64,000 bases of DNA. Source: Phoronis australis. Its lineage: Eukaryota > Animalia > Phoronida. The stretch covers positions 1 through 64,000 of the forward strand of contig NMRA01000479.1 of assembly GCA_002633005.1 (NCBI GenBank), read 5' to 3'. The notes under the pieces are model-generated. The model did no database searches and was not told where the DNA came from. It was given only the letters and a program-made list of their open reading frames with translations. A program made the position numbers and the translations under genes. This document shows positions 40,419 to 53,739 of the stretch, piece by piece (the stretch's first letter is position 1; the number at the start of each line of letters is the position of its first letter).

Positions 40419-40852
40419 GTACCCGGTTGCATGAAACAGTCCCAAATATGGACTCAACCAAGTTCCCTAATTCTTTTCCGTATTTGCTTCGTTCCTGTCT
40501 CACAGGTGTAATATTTTCTGTTTTATTTATCTTTATTATGATTTCCTTTTGACTGTTGATATTTTCAAAAAAATATGACTAAAAATTTATCCCTTAATTC
40601 AATCATAATAATTAGGGTCTCATTTCTTAAATTGGGAGGCGTTGCATGAAGCGATCCCTACTTATTTTCGATTATGTTGAGAATTCAACGTAAATTTCAT
40701 TCTCTATTTGTATCAAAGCCAAACTTGATTTAGTAATGAGACTTAAACACTATAAGAAAAGATAATCAGTGTTTAAACAAGCCCACAAATACGCAGTAGA
40801 TTTAGAGAACTTATTTAAGTCCGTATTGGGACTCTTTTATGCAACAGAGCAC
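40419..40852. mobile_element. Harbinger-type MITE with GTTGCAT(A/G)AAA termini
   Basis: gtacccggttgcatgaaacagtcccaaatatggact vs reverse complement gtgctctgttgcataaaagagtcccaatacggact; ct/ag flanks. Confidence 0.8.
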
Positions 40853-42085
40853 AGCGTACGATTGCTGAAGGTAAAAAGTTCATCTGATGCAGAAATTTGT
40901 TTCAATGTTGTTTTGAGTCAACACTAGCAAATTGTATATCTCGTGACTCTAATAAAGCAACTAGCTTATATGGCTAATGCAGGCAAAATATGTGTTTAAG
41001 TAGCCGAGATTGGGGTACCAATTATTTTCACGAGACCGGAATCTCGTGAAAATACTCGCGTGACATGCATTTGTCATTTACATCGAATACCCGCTTGGAT
41101 GACTCATTATCTTGCGAGTCTGGGCAAACTTATGTTCTTATCTTTTGTGTTGCTAAACGCAAAAGTGTTATCAGATGGAGATGGTTCAACGAGGACAACT
41201 TTCCGTATCAGTCAAGCAGCTGAAGTGTATAGCTTTAATATACACAGTTATTTTGTAGCAATGACTACCGATTTCGGTTACTTTTTGTGTTCTACGTATA
41301 TTTGGAATCGTCGATTCCTTGAAAATGTTCATTTTTATGCTGTGATAGAGGAAATTGTTTATTACATTTCATGACCAGGCGCGCAACGCTCGATTATTGA
41401 GGACAAATAAAACAACAACAATAAATATGGGCGTTCAATAACTCATGATATACACCTTGAAATACGGAAAGTACGGCCAATCCATATACAACGGTAGAGC
41501 CGTACGTATTTCACGGTTGGTGTGCAAATTGCTGGTGGAGAAGATTCGCACGCACAACGCCAAATTTGATTGATCTCGTTCACTTGTGTTGTACCTAAAA
41601 CATTTATTCAAGGCGGCATTCCCGAAAAAGCGGTTTTACTGCTCTAAAACAACAAAAATTTACCGATGAAAATTCCGGTGCTCGGTGATCAGGGGGCTCA
41701 TTTAGGTCTCACTAGTTTTAACCTGCCATCATAAATAGGTCAATTGCCTGCGAAATAGTGTGTCCCCGGCCAACAAAATCAGCCAAAAACCTAATTCAAA
41801 TCCAACGAAAACGTTTTGTTGTGGGTGCAGAACAATAATGCTCATAGCATATTGCGACTTAATATCGAGCATGTGTTTTTATTGACACAATCGTCTGCTC
41901 GCAGCGTTTCTCTACTCTCCTTCGAGGGTAGCGTATAATCTACCTTTTCGTGATGCAGTCCTTACCTCAAGCTCTGCGAATCAGCAAAGTTTCCACCGTT
42001 ATTTTCCAGTGATGTGATTAACACGGGGAAATGTTTCCATTACAATTTCCATTCCAGAAGTTAAAACACAAAAGTGGACCAAGAG

Positions 42086-42332
42086 CATGTGCGCACCCAG
42101 CCTAAAATATCATGGTTCGAGTTCTTGAAAATGTAGACTTTTTACTAACAAAAAACGGGGGATTAAAAATCGGGGGACTAAAAACGGGGTACCACGTTCA
42201 CGGCTATGAATTGTGCATTCGCGCTTTTTAGTGGAATTTTATCTCGTTTACCAGAGGCGGACAATTTTGAACATTTCGCCAAATGGGGGGTGGCTCATTC
42301 GCGCTCCCCGAGCCCCCCTCGATTCGCGCATG
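42086..42332. mobile_element. hAT-type MITE
   Basis: catgtgcgcacccag ... ctcgattcgcgcatg imperfect TIRs. Confidence 0.5.
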
Positions 42333-42832
42333 AAGAAAACTATGAAATCCATAGAAAAACGGCACACTGCTGCACAACTGTTCAGTTACTGTTTCAATTT
42401 TGATATTCCCGGATCGATTGTTTCTAAGTTTTCGATAAACGTTCAATATTATTGAATGGTTTGATATTTAAACTTGTATATTACACAAACTGAAAAAATC
42501 TTAAGAATTTATAATGAAATATAACTTTACTGGATATTCTACACTTTCACAAATAATGCTGTCGCTTAACCGGCCCGGGCACCGTGCTGGGCACATGTGT
42601 GACGTCATATAACAACAAGACGAAACACACGGGAACAAGAAATCGCCACGATGAGGCCAAAAGGTCATATATATGGAATGAACAGGTTATCCTACATGCG
42701 TAAAAATACTACTGAAATACCCTATCGAAAATTCATTTCATTCTGGAAATGTCCCAACGAGACCTACATTCTGAGATCAAATGAATACTCGAAAGGATAT
42801 GGCAGCAGTATTCCAATGTATGTGGGTTAACC

Positions 42833-43620
42833 CATAGGCGGATTTAGGGGGGGACCCAGGGGGCCCGGCCCCCCTTGGCTGCCGCAAAAAAATAAAACAG
42901 CAAGAGCGTAGGGAAATGTTGAGTTTATTAATTTGCCCCGGTAATTAAAATTATACGGATGAAAAAAGTTTTATATGTGTGCAGNAAGTGTCAAATCCGG
43001 AACACGGCGCATTCGTAACGGAACTATGGCTAAATGTAGGCTCTCCCGCGATATCCCAGGCGACCGGCAGTGGCGCTGCGCAATACGACTCCGTTTCCAT
43101 CGTATGCTCCACTGTACAATGAGGAAAATTTACTGGAACCTGAGTGACGATGAAAAAACAGAAGTTGCTGGTAAGATGTGAATTTTAATCGAAGCCTTAG
43201 TGAATCACTCAGAAACTCATTAATTCTCTCTTCGTCAAACCTTAACTTAAGACGATTTCCAAAGCAATCCCGTCATCACGAAAAACGGATTTGGTCTTTT
43301 GGGCATTTGAAGACTATTTTAAATACAACAAATTTGTTAAGAACCGATTGCACAAAATATAAAACGTGTAATAAGCATTACAAAAAGAAGTAGGTTTCGC
43401 GCGCAAAGGCTGTGGACCATAAACAAGTAGGTCTCTTAGTTTATGTTTATTAGTGAAATCGTGGTGGTGTAGTGGTAAAGCACGCGCGTCCTATCAGCCA
43501 AACCCCCCTCCCGACCTCCCCCCATTCGGTGCTATGCGCATCTACAATCGTGGTTTGCGCAAATGCTTACAGCCGGACAAAATGTTGGCCCCCCCTTGTG
43601 ATATCCTAGATCCGCCACTG
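42833..43620. mobile_element. hAT-type non-autonomous element
   Basis: cataggcggatttaggggggg..ggcccccc left end and ggcccccc..ctagatccgccactg right end. Confidence 0.7.
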
Positions 43621-44282
43621 TAGATGTAGGTTAAACCCACATCTACATGTATACCACATGCGCCTTGATTTAGCGCTGCAATAACCGTGCCACGTTTGCA
43701 TGCAATAACCCAAAGGGTTATCGTACGATCACGTGACCATAAAAATAACTATTGCCACGTGACCAAACCAAAACAGAACTAATTTCTACGACTGGACTTC
43801 CTAAGCTTCAACCTGATCAACCACGGCTTAAGTTGAATAAGTTACATGAATTTACGTTCACTATACATTTCAAAAACTAAACACATGTAATGCACTGGAG
43901 GGCATTAGAATAAACCTTTCACGACAGCTAGTAAACAAAGCCGGTGAAAACTGATCCTTGTAAACGTCAGTGGTAACTACAATATCATTATGTTTTCATT
44001 ATTTTCTGGTGTAAAAATAACACCAGTAATGTTCAATTAAACTCAATCAAAACTGTTTATTATATGACACAAATTTATCGATAAATCGACAGGCTCTGTC
44101 GCCTCAGGTGCGGGACCGAAGCCGAAACCAGGAACACATCAAACTACTAAGGTTAAATTAGCCATAGCTTGACCAATTCGAATGAGGAGAGCTGGATTTA
44201 GAGGAGGTGTTACAGTCTGAGGTACCTATAGTGGCAGATATGGTAACCAAGTTGACGAATTGGAAGACCAACAATTACCGAG

Positions 44283-47042
44283 TAGTTGAGTCGAAAAATG
44301 CCCCCTGTGCACCCCCCTGACTTTTAAGTTGCATATTTGCAAAGCAAAATATGTGTGAAAACCATGAAAAGATGTTAACAAGCCGAAAAAGTGTCCCACG
44401 TGCGTTTTTATGCAAATTAGTGTAGCCATTACCGATTTTTCGTTACTTGATGATAGCTCACTTTCTTATTCTTGTAAGTGAACAAATTAAGTGTCAAAAC
44501 CGATATTTTAAGGGTCAAGCATTACGATGGAATAATTTTCTTCATAACCTATTGCATCTAATTTGTATTATGCGGTTACTTACAATCAATAATACACTGA
44601 AAGTGTGCATAAGCCAATGTAAACACTAAATGAGCAACTTTCAGTGTTTATATAATCAGCTCTTTAATGAGCCAAATTTCAACAAATGTTTGAAATGTCT
44701 CAAGAAAAAAAACTTGGGCAAATGGTTGCAGAAATATGGAAAATCATTAGGTGTTGATGTCACTGATTACATGTTCTAACACTCCATGTCACTTTCATTG
44801 CTTTCCGTGAAACTCCCATACAGTTCTCCACTTTCCTCTTCTGTGCTACTTCACAAACATTGGTGAGCAAGAAATCAATCAGTAAGTTTGGTAAGATAGG
44901 ACCACACGATCACACAGCTTGTAACACTCTTTCGTCAGTCTGCATCCTCCACACTTGTCCTTCGTCTTGACTGCTCAATTATGGGTTCGCAAGCACGCTG
45001 GTACAAGGTGATACGGTGATTTACTCGTTGGATGTGAGGTTTCAGTGCAGACTGGCAGAGGGGAAGTCGAGCAAGGTCAATCTTGGACTTGTAAGGATTA
45101 CATCTTCACCAACCATTTTGCGTAACATCTTGGCATGAGTAGCATCTATCGATGACTCACGACTCTGACAGTACATCAGGCAATTGAACTCTACCAACTT
45201 ACATCCCAATCAACGTCAGCTTGCTTGAATGCAAGGTGAAATTTTGGATTCATTTCTAGCTTTTTAAGGGGGCCAACCTTTCCTTTACGTTTAAACGCAC
45301 TGGTGCAATCTTCTCCAGTGTATACATAAAATCCAAGTAGAGCTTAACAGTAGTCTTTTCCCAATTATTTCGCCATGTCGGAGAGATTCAGTAGTCGCCG
45401 ATGTTTTCCAGACCCTGTATCTAGATATACAATTGACTTTATAGCATGCCTGCAGTAGAATGACAAAGACACCAGTGTCAGGGATTCTGACGACGTCGTT
45501 TCTGTACCCAAGTGAGGCAGCGTACTGGAGGTACAAAACAATTCTTAAGCCAGTCTCTTATTGGTTACTGCAGATATGTGGAATCTCCTGAGTATGAACA
45601 TCAAATCACATTTATTATTACATTATGACATCGCAAATTAGTTAAGTAAGAAATACTCAGAAAGTTCTGTTCAGAAAAAAGATTATGGATGCCTTTCTAC
45701 AATCAGGATGGCCGTCTCGGTTTTCTCCAACCTGGAAACTGCCTTATCACCACTCCAGACCTGCAGTAACAGTTGACAGAGTTGCTTTTTGTTGTCATCG
45801 TTTGCAAGAAAGATTTTGAAGTCATACGGCTTTTGTGTAGCTGATCCACTCAAAATTATTTTCTTTTAACTGCAAAATTACCACATGTCAGAGGGAGAAT
45901 AGCTAACGCGTGGAGAAGTACAAAACCATCTTGGGTGAATAGAACATCCTCAGGATAATGAAAGTCTTCTGGCGAAATGTCGTTCAGAAGATAATGCGAA
46001 ATGGAGGCTTTGTTGGTCTTGGAAAAAATACGTGTTGTTCCAAGACTAGGGTGCAGAAAATGCACTCAGGTGGGAAATGACCACAATGGTGCATGATGTT
46101 CATAGTTTATGCTGCGAATTGTGCACTTGGGAGCTTGGTGCTTCTGGGCCTTCACTGTCCTCCAAGCAGTGAAGTTTGGCAGTAAAATGTTAATAACTTT
46201 CTCTGTGATAACCCATTTTCTTCCAATTTACTTGGAAGAACAGAAGGAATATGATCACACACAGGCTGCGTACAATGTGAGGAATCATATGGACGTTTGT
46301 CCCGAAATTTAATGAAGCTGATGCAGTTTTTCGCTTGCTGTTAATCTGGCATTGCTTAAGATTTTAAAATCGCCGTGTTCATTTATACAGTCTAAACGGA
46401 GAATGGATATGGGTACAGAGTATTCTTTGATGTCAGTAGATAAGCTTCGAACTCAGTGTTTTCTTATAGGGATGATTTTTACATCTGCGTGGGAAGCTGC
46501 CTTAATTTCGAATGTAGTCCTATGTTCCATGTCCCCAGCATTAGATTCGCACTGATTGACATACATGTCAACAACCCATTTATATATTTTGATGTTAGTT
46601 TGCATTCTAAAGCTTTGAACTGCAGTGACACAGTTTGTTTTTATGGATGGGTCAACATCAAAGTCCTGAATTTGGATAAAAATAGAAGACTAATGCCCCA
46701 CACAGTACTTCTGCCCCATGTGTTGAGCGTTTTATACCTGTACCATGTTCAAGATAGCTTGTATTACTTACTTGTTGTTCTAATGTAATGTTTGACCCAC
46801 AAAACATAAGTCCAAACCTTTAGTTCTTTCAATTATATGAAATAGTCGGCGACATATTGCGAAATAACGCAAAATCGTAAGTGGCGGCACTAATTTGCAT
46901 AAAAAAACATACGAGGGACATTTTTTCAGCTTGTTAACATCATTTGTCTGTTTTCACACATATTTTCCTTCATAAAAATTCAACTTAGAAGTTGAAGTCC
47001 GGGGGGGGGGTGCACGGAGGGCCATTTTTGTCGACTAGACTA
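44283..47042 (-). mobile_element. Academ DNA transposon, internally deleted
   Basis: ~150-bp imperfect TIRs starting TAG (tagttgagtcgaaaaatg / tagtctagtcgacaaaaatg); 3-bp TSD GAG both sides; transposase fragments SKTNKA, LYLQYAA..VVRIPDTGVFVILL, LGFYVYTGEDCTSAFKRKGK, DLARLPLCQSALKPHIQRVN. Confidence 0.9.
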
Positions 47043-47154
47043 GAGTAACATCGGGGAATTTTTGAAACCTGGCTTTTCATTGTCGTTGTATTCTTACGCG
47101 TATTCGCCAAAGAAAGAAGAAATTAAGAAGATCTTAAGTATGTGATATAAATAT

Positions 47155-47214
47155 GTGCACGTGTGAGTATGTTCACTTGGCCTTCGGCTCCGTGAAAATA
47201 CTCACACGGTGCAC
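47155..47214. repeat. Long hairpin with a C(TTCG)G tetraloop (Crypton-like non-autonomous end)
   Basis: gtgcac gtgtgagtat.ttcac..gcc ttcg gc..gtgaa.atactcacac g gtgcac. Confidence 0.6.
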
Positions 47215-48672
47215 CAATCTGCACTAATGAAAACATCCTTATAGACCCAATTCACGTGGCGGACATTAAAATCCAAAGTGAGGCTCACTGCGATAAACAA
47301 AGCGGAAATTTAGATTGGGTGAGTTAAATGGCCGGTCTTTGGAGTCCAACCTGAATATCAAATTTAAAAAAATATGTCAATAATTAACCACAGAGACGTA
47401 GAAAAATACAGTTAAAGAACGAGTTAATGCCCCAAAGAGTTGTCTGACGAAAGGATGTAAGTTTTTTTCCGGAAACCTAGGTTCGAAACATGAAAAGTAA
47501 ACATGACCAAATTGCAGCGATCGTAGTGTTACGGATTAAGTATCATGCTGAATGCAGGGTTACGTTTCTTCTAATAAATTCTTGATAAAAATGCTTTCTA
47601 CACGAACCGGGTCATCTGGTCGTATTGTTGACGAGTTGAAGAAATATTCGACAGTTGTGGCTCATAGCATTTTGCTGTCATGTGCAACTAGTCACATCTG
47701 GTTTAATTTGTTGATCAAGAGTAGGCCTATTAGCTTTAAGCATAGCCTAGATCCTGGTGAGGTAGGCACTGCCGGGACTAACAGTTGATTTGTCATTGAT
47801 CTGAAATAATACTTGATGTTATTAAATATATATTTTGATTACGATAACAAACCAGGCTCGCAATTGAAAATAAAAATTATATGACCATCAATTCTGCTTT
47901 CTTGGTTTTAATTATTACGTCTATTTCATGTGTTATATTTTTCAAATATCAATCTCGACCATGTTGAATTCTAAAATTAAAACACCTTATTATTTCGTCC
48001 AAAGCATAACCTCGTTTTAGAGCTCAATTTCAGTTAACTGGACAGAACACAGTGGCGGGTTTAGAGGGGAGGCAAGAGAGCCATGCCCCCCTAANGACGA
48101 TCTCACATTGAGGTAAGTATGTGGGGACATTGATTGTTTTGAACTTGTCATTATAAACTTTTGTACCAATCCTATTCACTCACTCTGCTTCATTGTGCCG
48201 TTAGCACCTTCGTTGACAATTGTTGCTTTTTCCAAGTTGATGGGCACATAGCAGTGCTTCCAAACTGAGACCGCAGGGCTTTAAATGATACTCTGTGTAC
48301 TTGTTTACAGTGAGGTTGTCTACTCAAATAACTCTTACTGAAGAAGTTGGGTCTAAAGACAAATTATAATTTTTGCCTTTTTAGACTGTTAAGGATGACA
48401 GAAATTGCTGACCAGTGCCTGGCAAAATATTTATTATTTTGTTATATTATTTTGTAATAATATTATTGCACTTGACATTGAATTTTATTTTAAATCACGC
48501 GGCATTCATAGTCAGCATTCTTGTCAATATTAAAGCTATAACTTTAAGGTCACAGTAGCAGTTCAAAGTATAACATGTCAACTCTTGCAATGTTTGCCTC
48601 TAGAGAAGCAGAGTGCTGGTGCAAGGACATAGCTGTAACAACTCTGGAGTTTCCTGAGATGTATGTGATGAT

Positions 48673-48979
48673 ACTTGTACAGCTGCTTACTAGAGGCACA
48701 AGTCTACTGCCCCCTTCATTCAGGTGTCTAGATGGCTTCTGTGTAAGTAGTGGGCACCATCCATAAGTACAAGACTTGTACAGCTGCTTACTAGAGGCAC
48801 AAGTCTACTGCCTCCTTCATTCAGGTGTCTAGATGGCTTCTGTGTAAGTAGTGGGCACCATCCATAAGTACAAGACTTGTACAGCTGCTTACTAGAGGCA
48901 CAAGTCTACTGCCCCCTTCATTCAGGTGTCTAGATGGCTTCTGTGTAAGTAGTGGGCATCATCCATGAGTACAAGACTT
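48673..48979. repeat. 101-bp tandem repeat, 3 near-identical copies
   Basis: acttgtacagctgcttactagagg... starts at 48673, 48774, 48875. Confidence 0.95.
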
Positions 48980-49200
48980 AAGCTAGTAAAGCTAGCATAA
49001 TCACGCGCTTCACTTCTGATAAATTGTGATATCTCACGAAGACTGAAATTCATTTGATTATAGTCAGCCATTTTAGCTACAGAACCTTTATAGCAATAGT
49101 GCTTGTGTTTTAAAAATTCTGGTCAATAGAAAATTAGATAATGAACACTTCAGAAAATGTTTTGTTTTAAACTTGTCAAGGATATTTTGTATGAAGACTG

Positions 49201-49440
49201 GTGTGCTAACATAGGCACGAAAGTATCTGATTAAAACATGAGTTGATCAGTAACTATTGCTGTCCGAACACAGCCACAAAACTCTATCTGATTATAGCAT
49301 GAGTTGATCAGTAGCCATTCTTGTGCTAACGCAGGCACAAAACTTTATCAGTTCGACATTAGTTGATCAGTATCCATTGTTGTGCTAATACAGGCACAAC
49401 ATTCTATCCATTGTATTTAAAACATGACTTGATCAGTAGT
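49201..49440. repeat. ~60-bp degenerate tandem repeat (4 copies)
   Basis: tgtgctaa..caggcacaaaa.tctatc...ttgatcagta units. Confidence 0.8.
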
Positions 49441-50228
49441 CATTCCAGTAAAGCATGCTCTTTTAGGAAAAGAAGGATCATATAGCGTGATGTGGCTGAC
49501 GTTTGAGTAACATGTTGACACTCAAAATATAATTGTTGGTCTCAATTCTTTTGACAGATGGGACTTCTAAACAGGTGACAGTAGGAGTTAGTTTTGGCCA
49601 AGATGAAGATGACATTAAAAGAGATGTGTTTTGCTGAAGGCGACCTGTGCCATCAAGGATTATGAAAAGGTTTTGTGTCAAATCCGTGAAAACTAAGCTG
49701 CTGTCACATGACTGGCTGACCACATCACATGATAGGGAGATGTGTACAAGTTTGTGGGTGACTGACTGACCCCGTCACCTTTTTGAGTAGTTTTAAGATC
49801 TATGCGTACTGTTACTAGGGTTGCATCGTTAGTTCAAGTTCCAAACTGCAATAAATTAAGTTCGGGGTGGGGAATCGAGTTGTATAGGAAGTCAGTGAAG
49901 TCCACTCGGTCCATGGTGTTAAATTATTGATACAAACTCTTAAGTGGGCTTGACCACAAAACTTGAATCATAGTGAAATGATGTTTCAAGTGACTTTTTA
50001 AAGTCTTAAAAGATCGTAATAGAAAATCAGTGCAAGAATGTAAAGATTAGATTTGATGTTTCATTTTTATTTGCAAATGTATCATTGGGAAGTAATTGTT
50101 ATTCTGAACTCAAAAGGAAGATATGATATTGTAAAAACAGAATATCATTTTTGAGTATTAAGTGCTTTTGGTTCTTCAGTATTCAGCAAGAGAGTATAAA
50201 TTCCTTAGTTTGGTCACAGAATAGTGTT

Positions 50229-50442
50229 GAGAGAGAGAGAGAGGTTGTTTATTGCACTTGGAGCTAAGCTCATTTGTACATATTACATTGCAACATTTGG
50301 TATAGGTGGCAATTTCATGTCCGGGTATTCAATACATATATACATATTTACACATTACAATGTTAGAGTTTCCTGTCTAATACCATAAGCCTTTAATATA
50401 AATAAGGATTATTTAGTCTTTTCAAAAGATTTCCAGAGTTTG
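50229..50442 (-). mobile_element. Severely 5'-truncated LINE 3' end with 19-bp TSD
   Basis: TSD ttggtcacagaatagtgtt at 50210-50228 and 50443-50461; minus-strand AATAAA followed by (TC)n tail. Confidence 0.85.
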
Positions 50443-51119
50443 TTGGTCACAGAATAGTGTTACTATTTGTGGTCTGAACCAGACTTACTTTGAAACCTGC
50501 ACCTCTCAGCTGACACTAGGTGGTGCAGGGTGAAAAAAGAGGGATCACGACCCAAATCAACTGACAAATCAAAAGCATTTTATGCAGGCAGATAAACAAA
50601 TATAACAATAGATATAAATAGAATCATTACTGAAGGATATCAAAATTACGCAACATAATTTCTATGATATAACAGCATGATAGTACTTTAATTGGATATT
50701 AAACGATCTGATATTACAAACACAAAAACACACAAAGGCTATATCAATGAGGCATGCTAGGAAGTAAATCAATGAGGTGATGCTTGGAAAGGCTATTTCA
50801 ATGAAGCGATGCAGGGAAAATAATGACCTACCCATTTCAGCTGGCACAGGGTGACTTTCTTGTTGAAAATATGGAAAAATAAAAAGTATCGTATCACTGC
50901 ATCAATTTTTAAGAAAACAGGCGATGCGTAATTTGTGAATCTGAGTACTGGCAGTTTTTGCTTTTAAAATCCAATTTTTCCATTCCAGTTGGTATTGATT
51001 AATATTCTTGGAGACTGAAATTAATGATTTTTTACCACAACATGGCAAATGACTGCTCTTTGGCTCAAGGTTATTTCCATTAAGTAACCAGTTCTATCCT
51101 GGATTATGTCTTGCACCTG

Positions 51120-52946
51120 CACAAACAACAGTTACTTGAACTACACATCTGTACAGTCAAATAACAGTTACTTGAGCTACACATCTGTATAGTAAAATAA
51201 CAGTTACTTGAGCTACACATCTGTACAGTCAAATGACAGTTACTTGAGCTACACATCTGTAGTCAAATGACAGTTACTTGAGCTACACATCTGTACAGTC
51301 AAGTGACAGTTACTTGAGCTACAAATCTGTACAATGAAATAATAGTTACTTGAGCTACACATCTGTACAGTCAAATAACAGTTACTTGAGCTACACATCT
51401 GTACAGTCAAATGACAGTTACTTGAGCTACACATCTGTAGAGTCAAATAACAGTTACTTGAGCTACACATCTGTACAGTCAAATAACAGTTACTTGAGCT
51501 ACACATCTGTACAGTCAAATGACAGTTACTTGAGCTACACATCTGTACAGTCAAATGACAGTTACTTGAGCTACACATCTGTACAGTCAAATGACAGTTA
51601 CTTGAGCTACACATCTGTACAGTCAAATGACAGTTACTTGAGCTACACATCTGTACAGTCAAATGACAGTTACTTGAGCTACACATCTGTACAGTCAAAT
51701 GACAGTTACTTGAGCTACACATCTGTACAGTCAAATGACAGTTACTTGAGCTACACATCTGTACAGTCAAATGACAGTTACTTGAGCTACACATCTGTAC
51801 AGTCAAATGACAGTTACTTGAGCTACACATCTGTACAGTCAAATGACAGTTACTTGAGCTACACATCTGTACAGTCAAATGACAGTTACTTGAGCTACAC
51901 ATCTGTACAGTCAAATGACAGTTACTTGAGCTACACATCTGTACAGTCAAATGACAGTTACTTGAGCTACACATCTGTACAGTCAAATGACAGTTACTTG
52001 AGCTACACATCTGTACAGTCAAATGACAGTTACTTGAGCTACACATCTGTACAGTCAAATGACAGTTACTTGAGCTACACATCTGTACAGTCAAATGACA
52101 GTTACTTGAGCTACACATCTGTACAGTCAAATGACAGTTACTTGAGCTACACATCTGTACAGTCAAATGACAGTTACTTGAACTACACATCTGTACAGTC
52201 AAATAACAGTTACTTGAGCTACACATCTGTACAGTCAAATGACAGTTACTTGAACTACACATCTGTACAGTCAAATAACAGTTACTTGAGCTACACATCT
52301 GTACAGTCAAATGACAGTTACTTGAGCTACACATCTGTACAGTCAAATAACAGTTACTTGAGCTACACATCTGTACAGTCAAATGACAGTTACTTGAGCT
52401 ACACATCTGTACAGTCAAATAACAGTTACTTGAGCTACACATCTGTACAGTCAAATGACAGTTACTTGAACTACACATCTGTACAGTCAAATAACAGTTA
52501 CTTGAGCTACACATCTGTACAGTCAAATGACAGTTACTTGAGCTACACATCTGTACAGTCAAATAACAGTTACTTGAGCTACACATCTGTACAGTCAAAT
52601 GACAGTTACTTGAACTACACATCTGTACAGTCAAATAACAGTTACTTGAGCTACACATATGTGCAGTCAAATAACAGTTACTTGAGCTACACATATGTGC
52701 AGTCAAATAACAGTTACTTGAGCTACACATCTGTACAGTCAAATAACAGTTACTTGAGCTACACATCTGTACAATGAAATAACAGTTACTTGAGCTACAC
52801 ATCCGTACAGTCGAATAACAGTTACTTGAGCTACACATATGTACAGTCAAATGACAGTTACTTGAGCTACACATCTGTAGTCAAGTAACAGTTACTTGAG
52901 CTACACATCTGTACAGTCAAATAACAGTTAGTTGAGCTAGACATCT
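51120..52946. repeat. 36-bp minisatellite, about 50 copies
   Basis: Unit cagtcaaat(g/a)acagttacttgagctacacatctgta; homogeneous centre, diverged edges. Confidence 0.98.
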
Positions 52947-53739
52947 GCTGTCAAACAATGGGAGGCTTTGAAACTCTCCAAGACTTAGGTGACTGCTGAG
53001 ATCCACTAAATGTGGGTTTATAAAGACAATGGCATGCCAACAGAATCTCTTGCAGGACTTACAGTAGTATGAGTAACACTTGGCCTACGAGGATTGACAG
53101 GATTTTGCACATTTTCATGCCCATCACTATCATTCACAAATGGCATGCCTTCGAAATTCTTCAGTATCCAGTGATACTAGTCCACCCGCAGTCTGACCTG
53201 CAGGGTTATCAAGATTCTTACTAACATATTAGGAGCAACTCAATAGATGGCAGTAGTGAATGTTGTGGTAGACTGTAACAACGTAGGTATGTCTGTTGCT
53301 CCAACAAACAACTTGGCTTGTATAAAATCCAACAAATCTGCCATGAAAAGTGTTTCTTACCAAATGCCAAACAACTCAGCTGACACACTTTTTGTCCTGT
53401 TACTGTCTACATAAATGAGAAAGTGTGTAGGATGACAACATCACATATTCTGCCAAGTTGTCTGCTGACTTGAGGCTCTGCACTTCGCTTATTATTTGCT
53501 ATAAAAGGATACTAAACCCAGTCTTGATGATTTTAACCAATCATCCTCATTGTGCCACCTGTCCATGCATCACTGGTACCCTCTTGAATATTGAACGGAG
53601 AGTTAAAGTTCTTGGTGGGTGGGGTGGTATTTCCCTAGAGTTGTGCTACACAGTGTAGCTCTCCTAAAGCGTACATCACCCTTGCCTGTTTAGCAAATTT
53701 TGCTCCAAAAATTTGAGGGTCATCGAAGGTTAAAAAAAA

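Noticed and set aside
43461-43500. tRNA/SINE-like head ggtgtagtggtaaagcac
   Set aside because: A-box-like only; no B-box (GTTCGA) or cloverleaf follows
47540-47790. Possible THAP relic (minus strand CRKHF)
   Set aside because: Single short motif with no supporting N-terminal CxxxxC or W
51249-52874. Insect-type antifreeze protein call for the 12-aa Cys repeat ORF
   Set aside because: Cys spacing is 5/7 rather than every 6, there is no TCT face or signal peptide, and the ORF arises trivially from a stop-free 36-bp unit
51120-52946. CRISPR-like array (36-bp repeats)
   Set aside because: Units are head-to-tail with no unique spacers, there are no cas genes, and the context is eukaryotic
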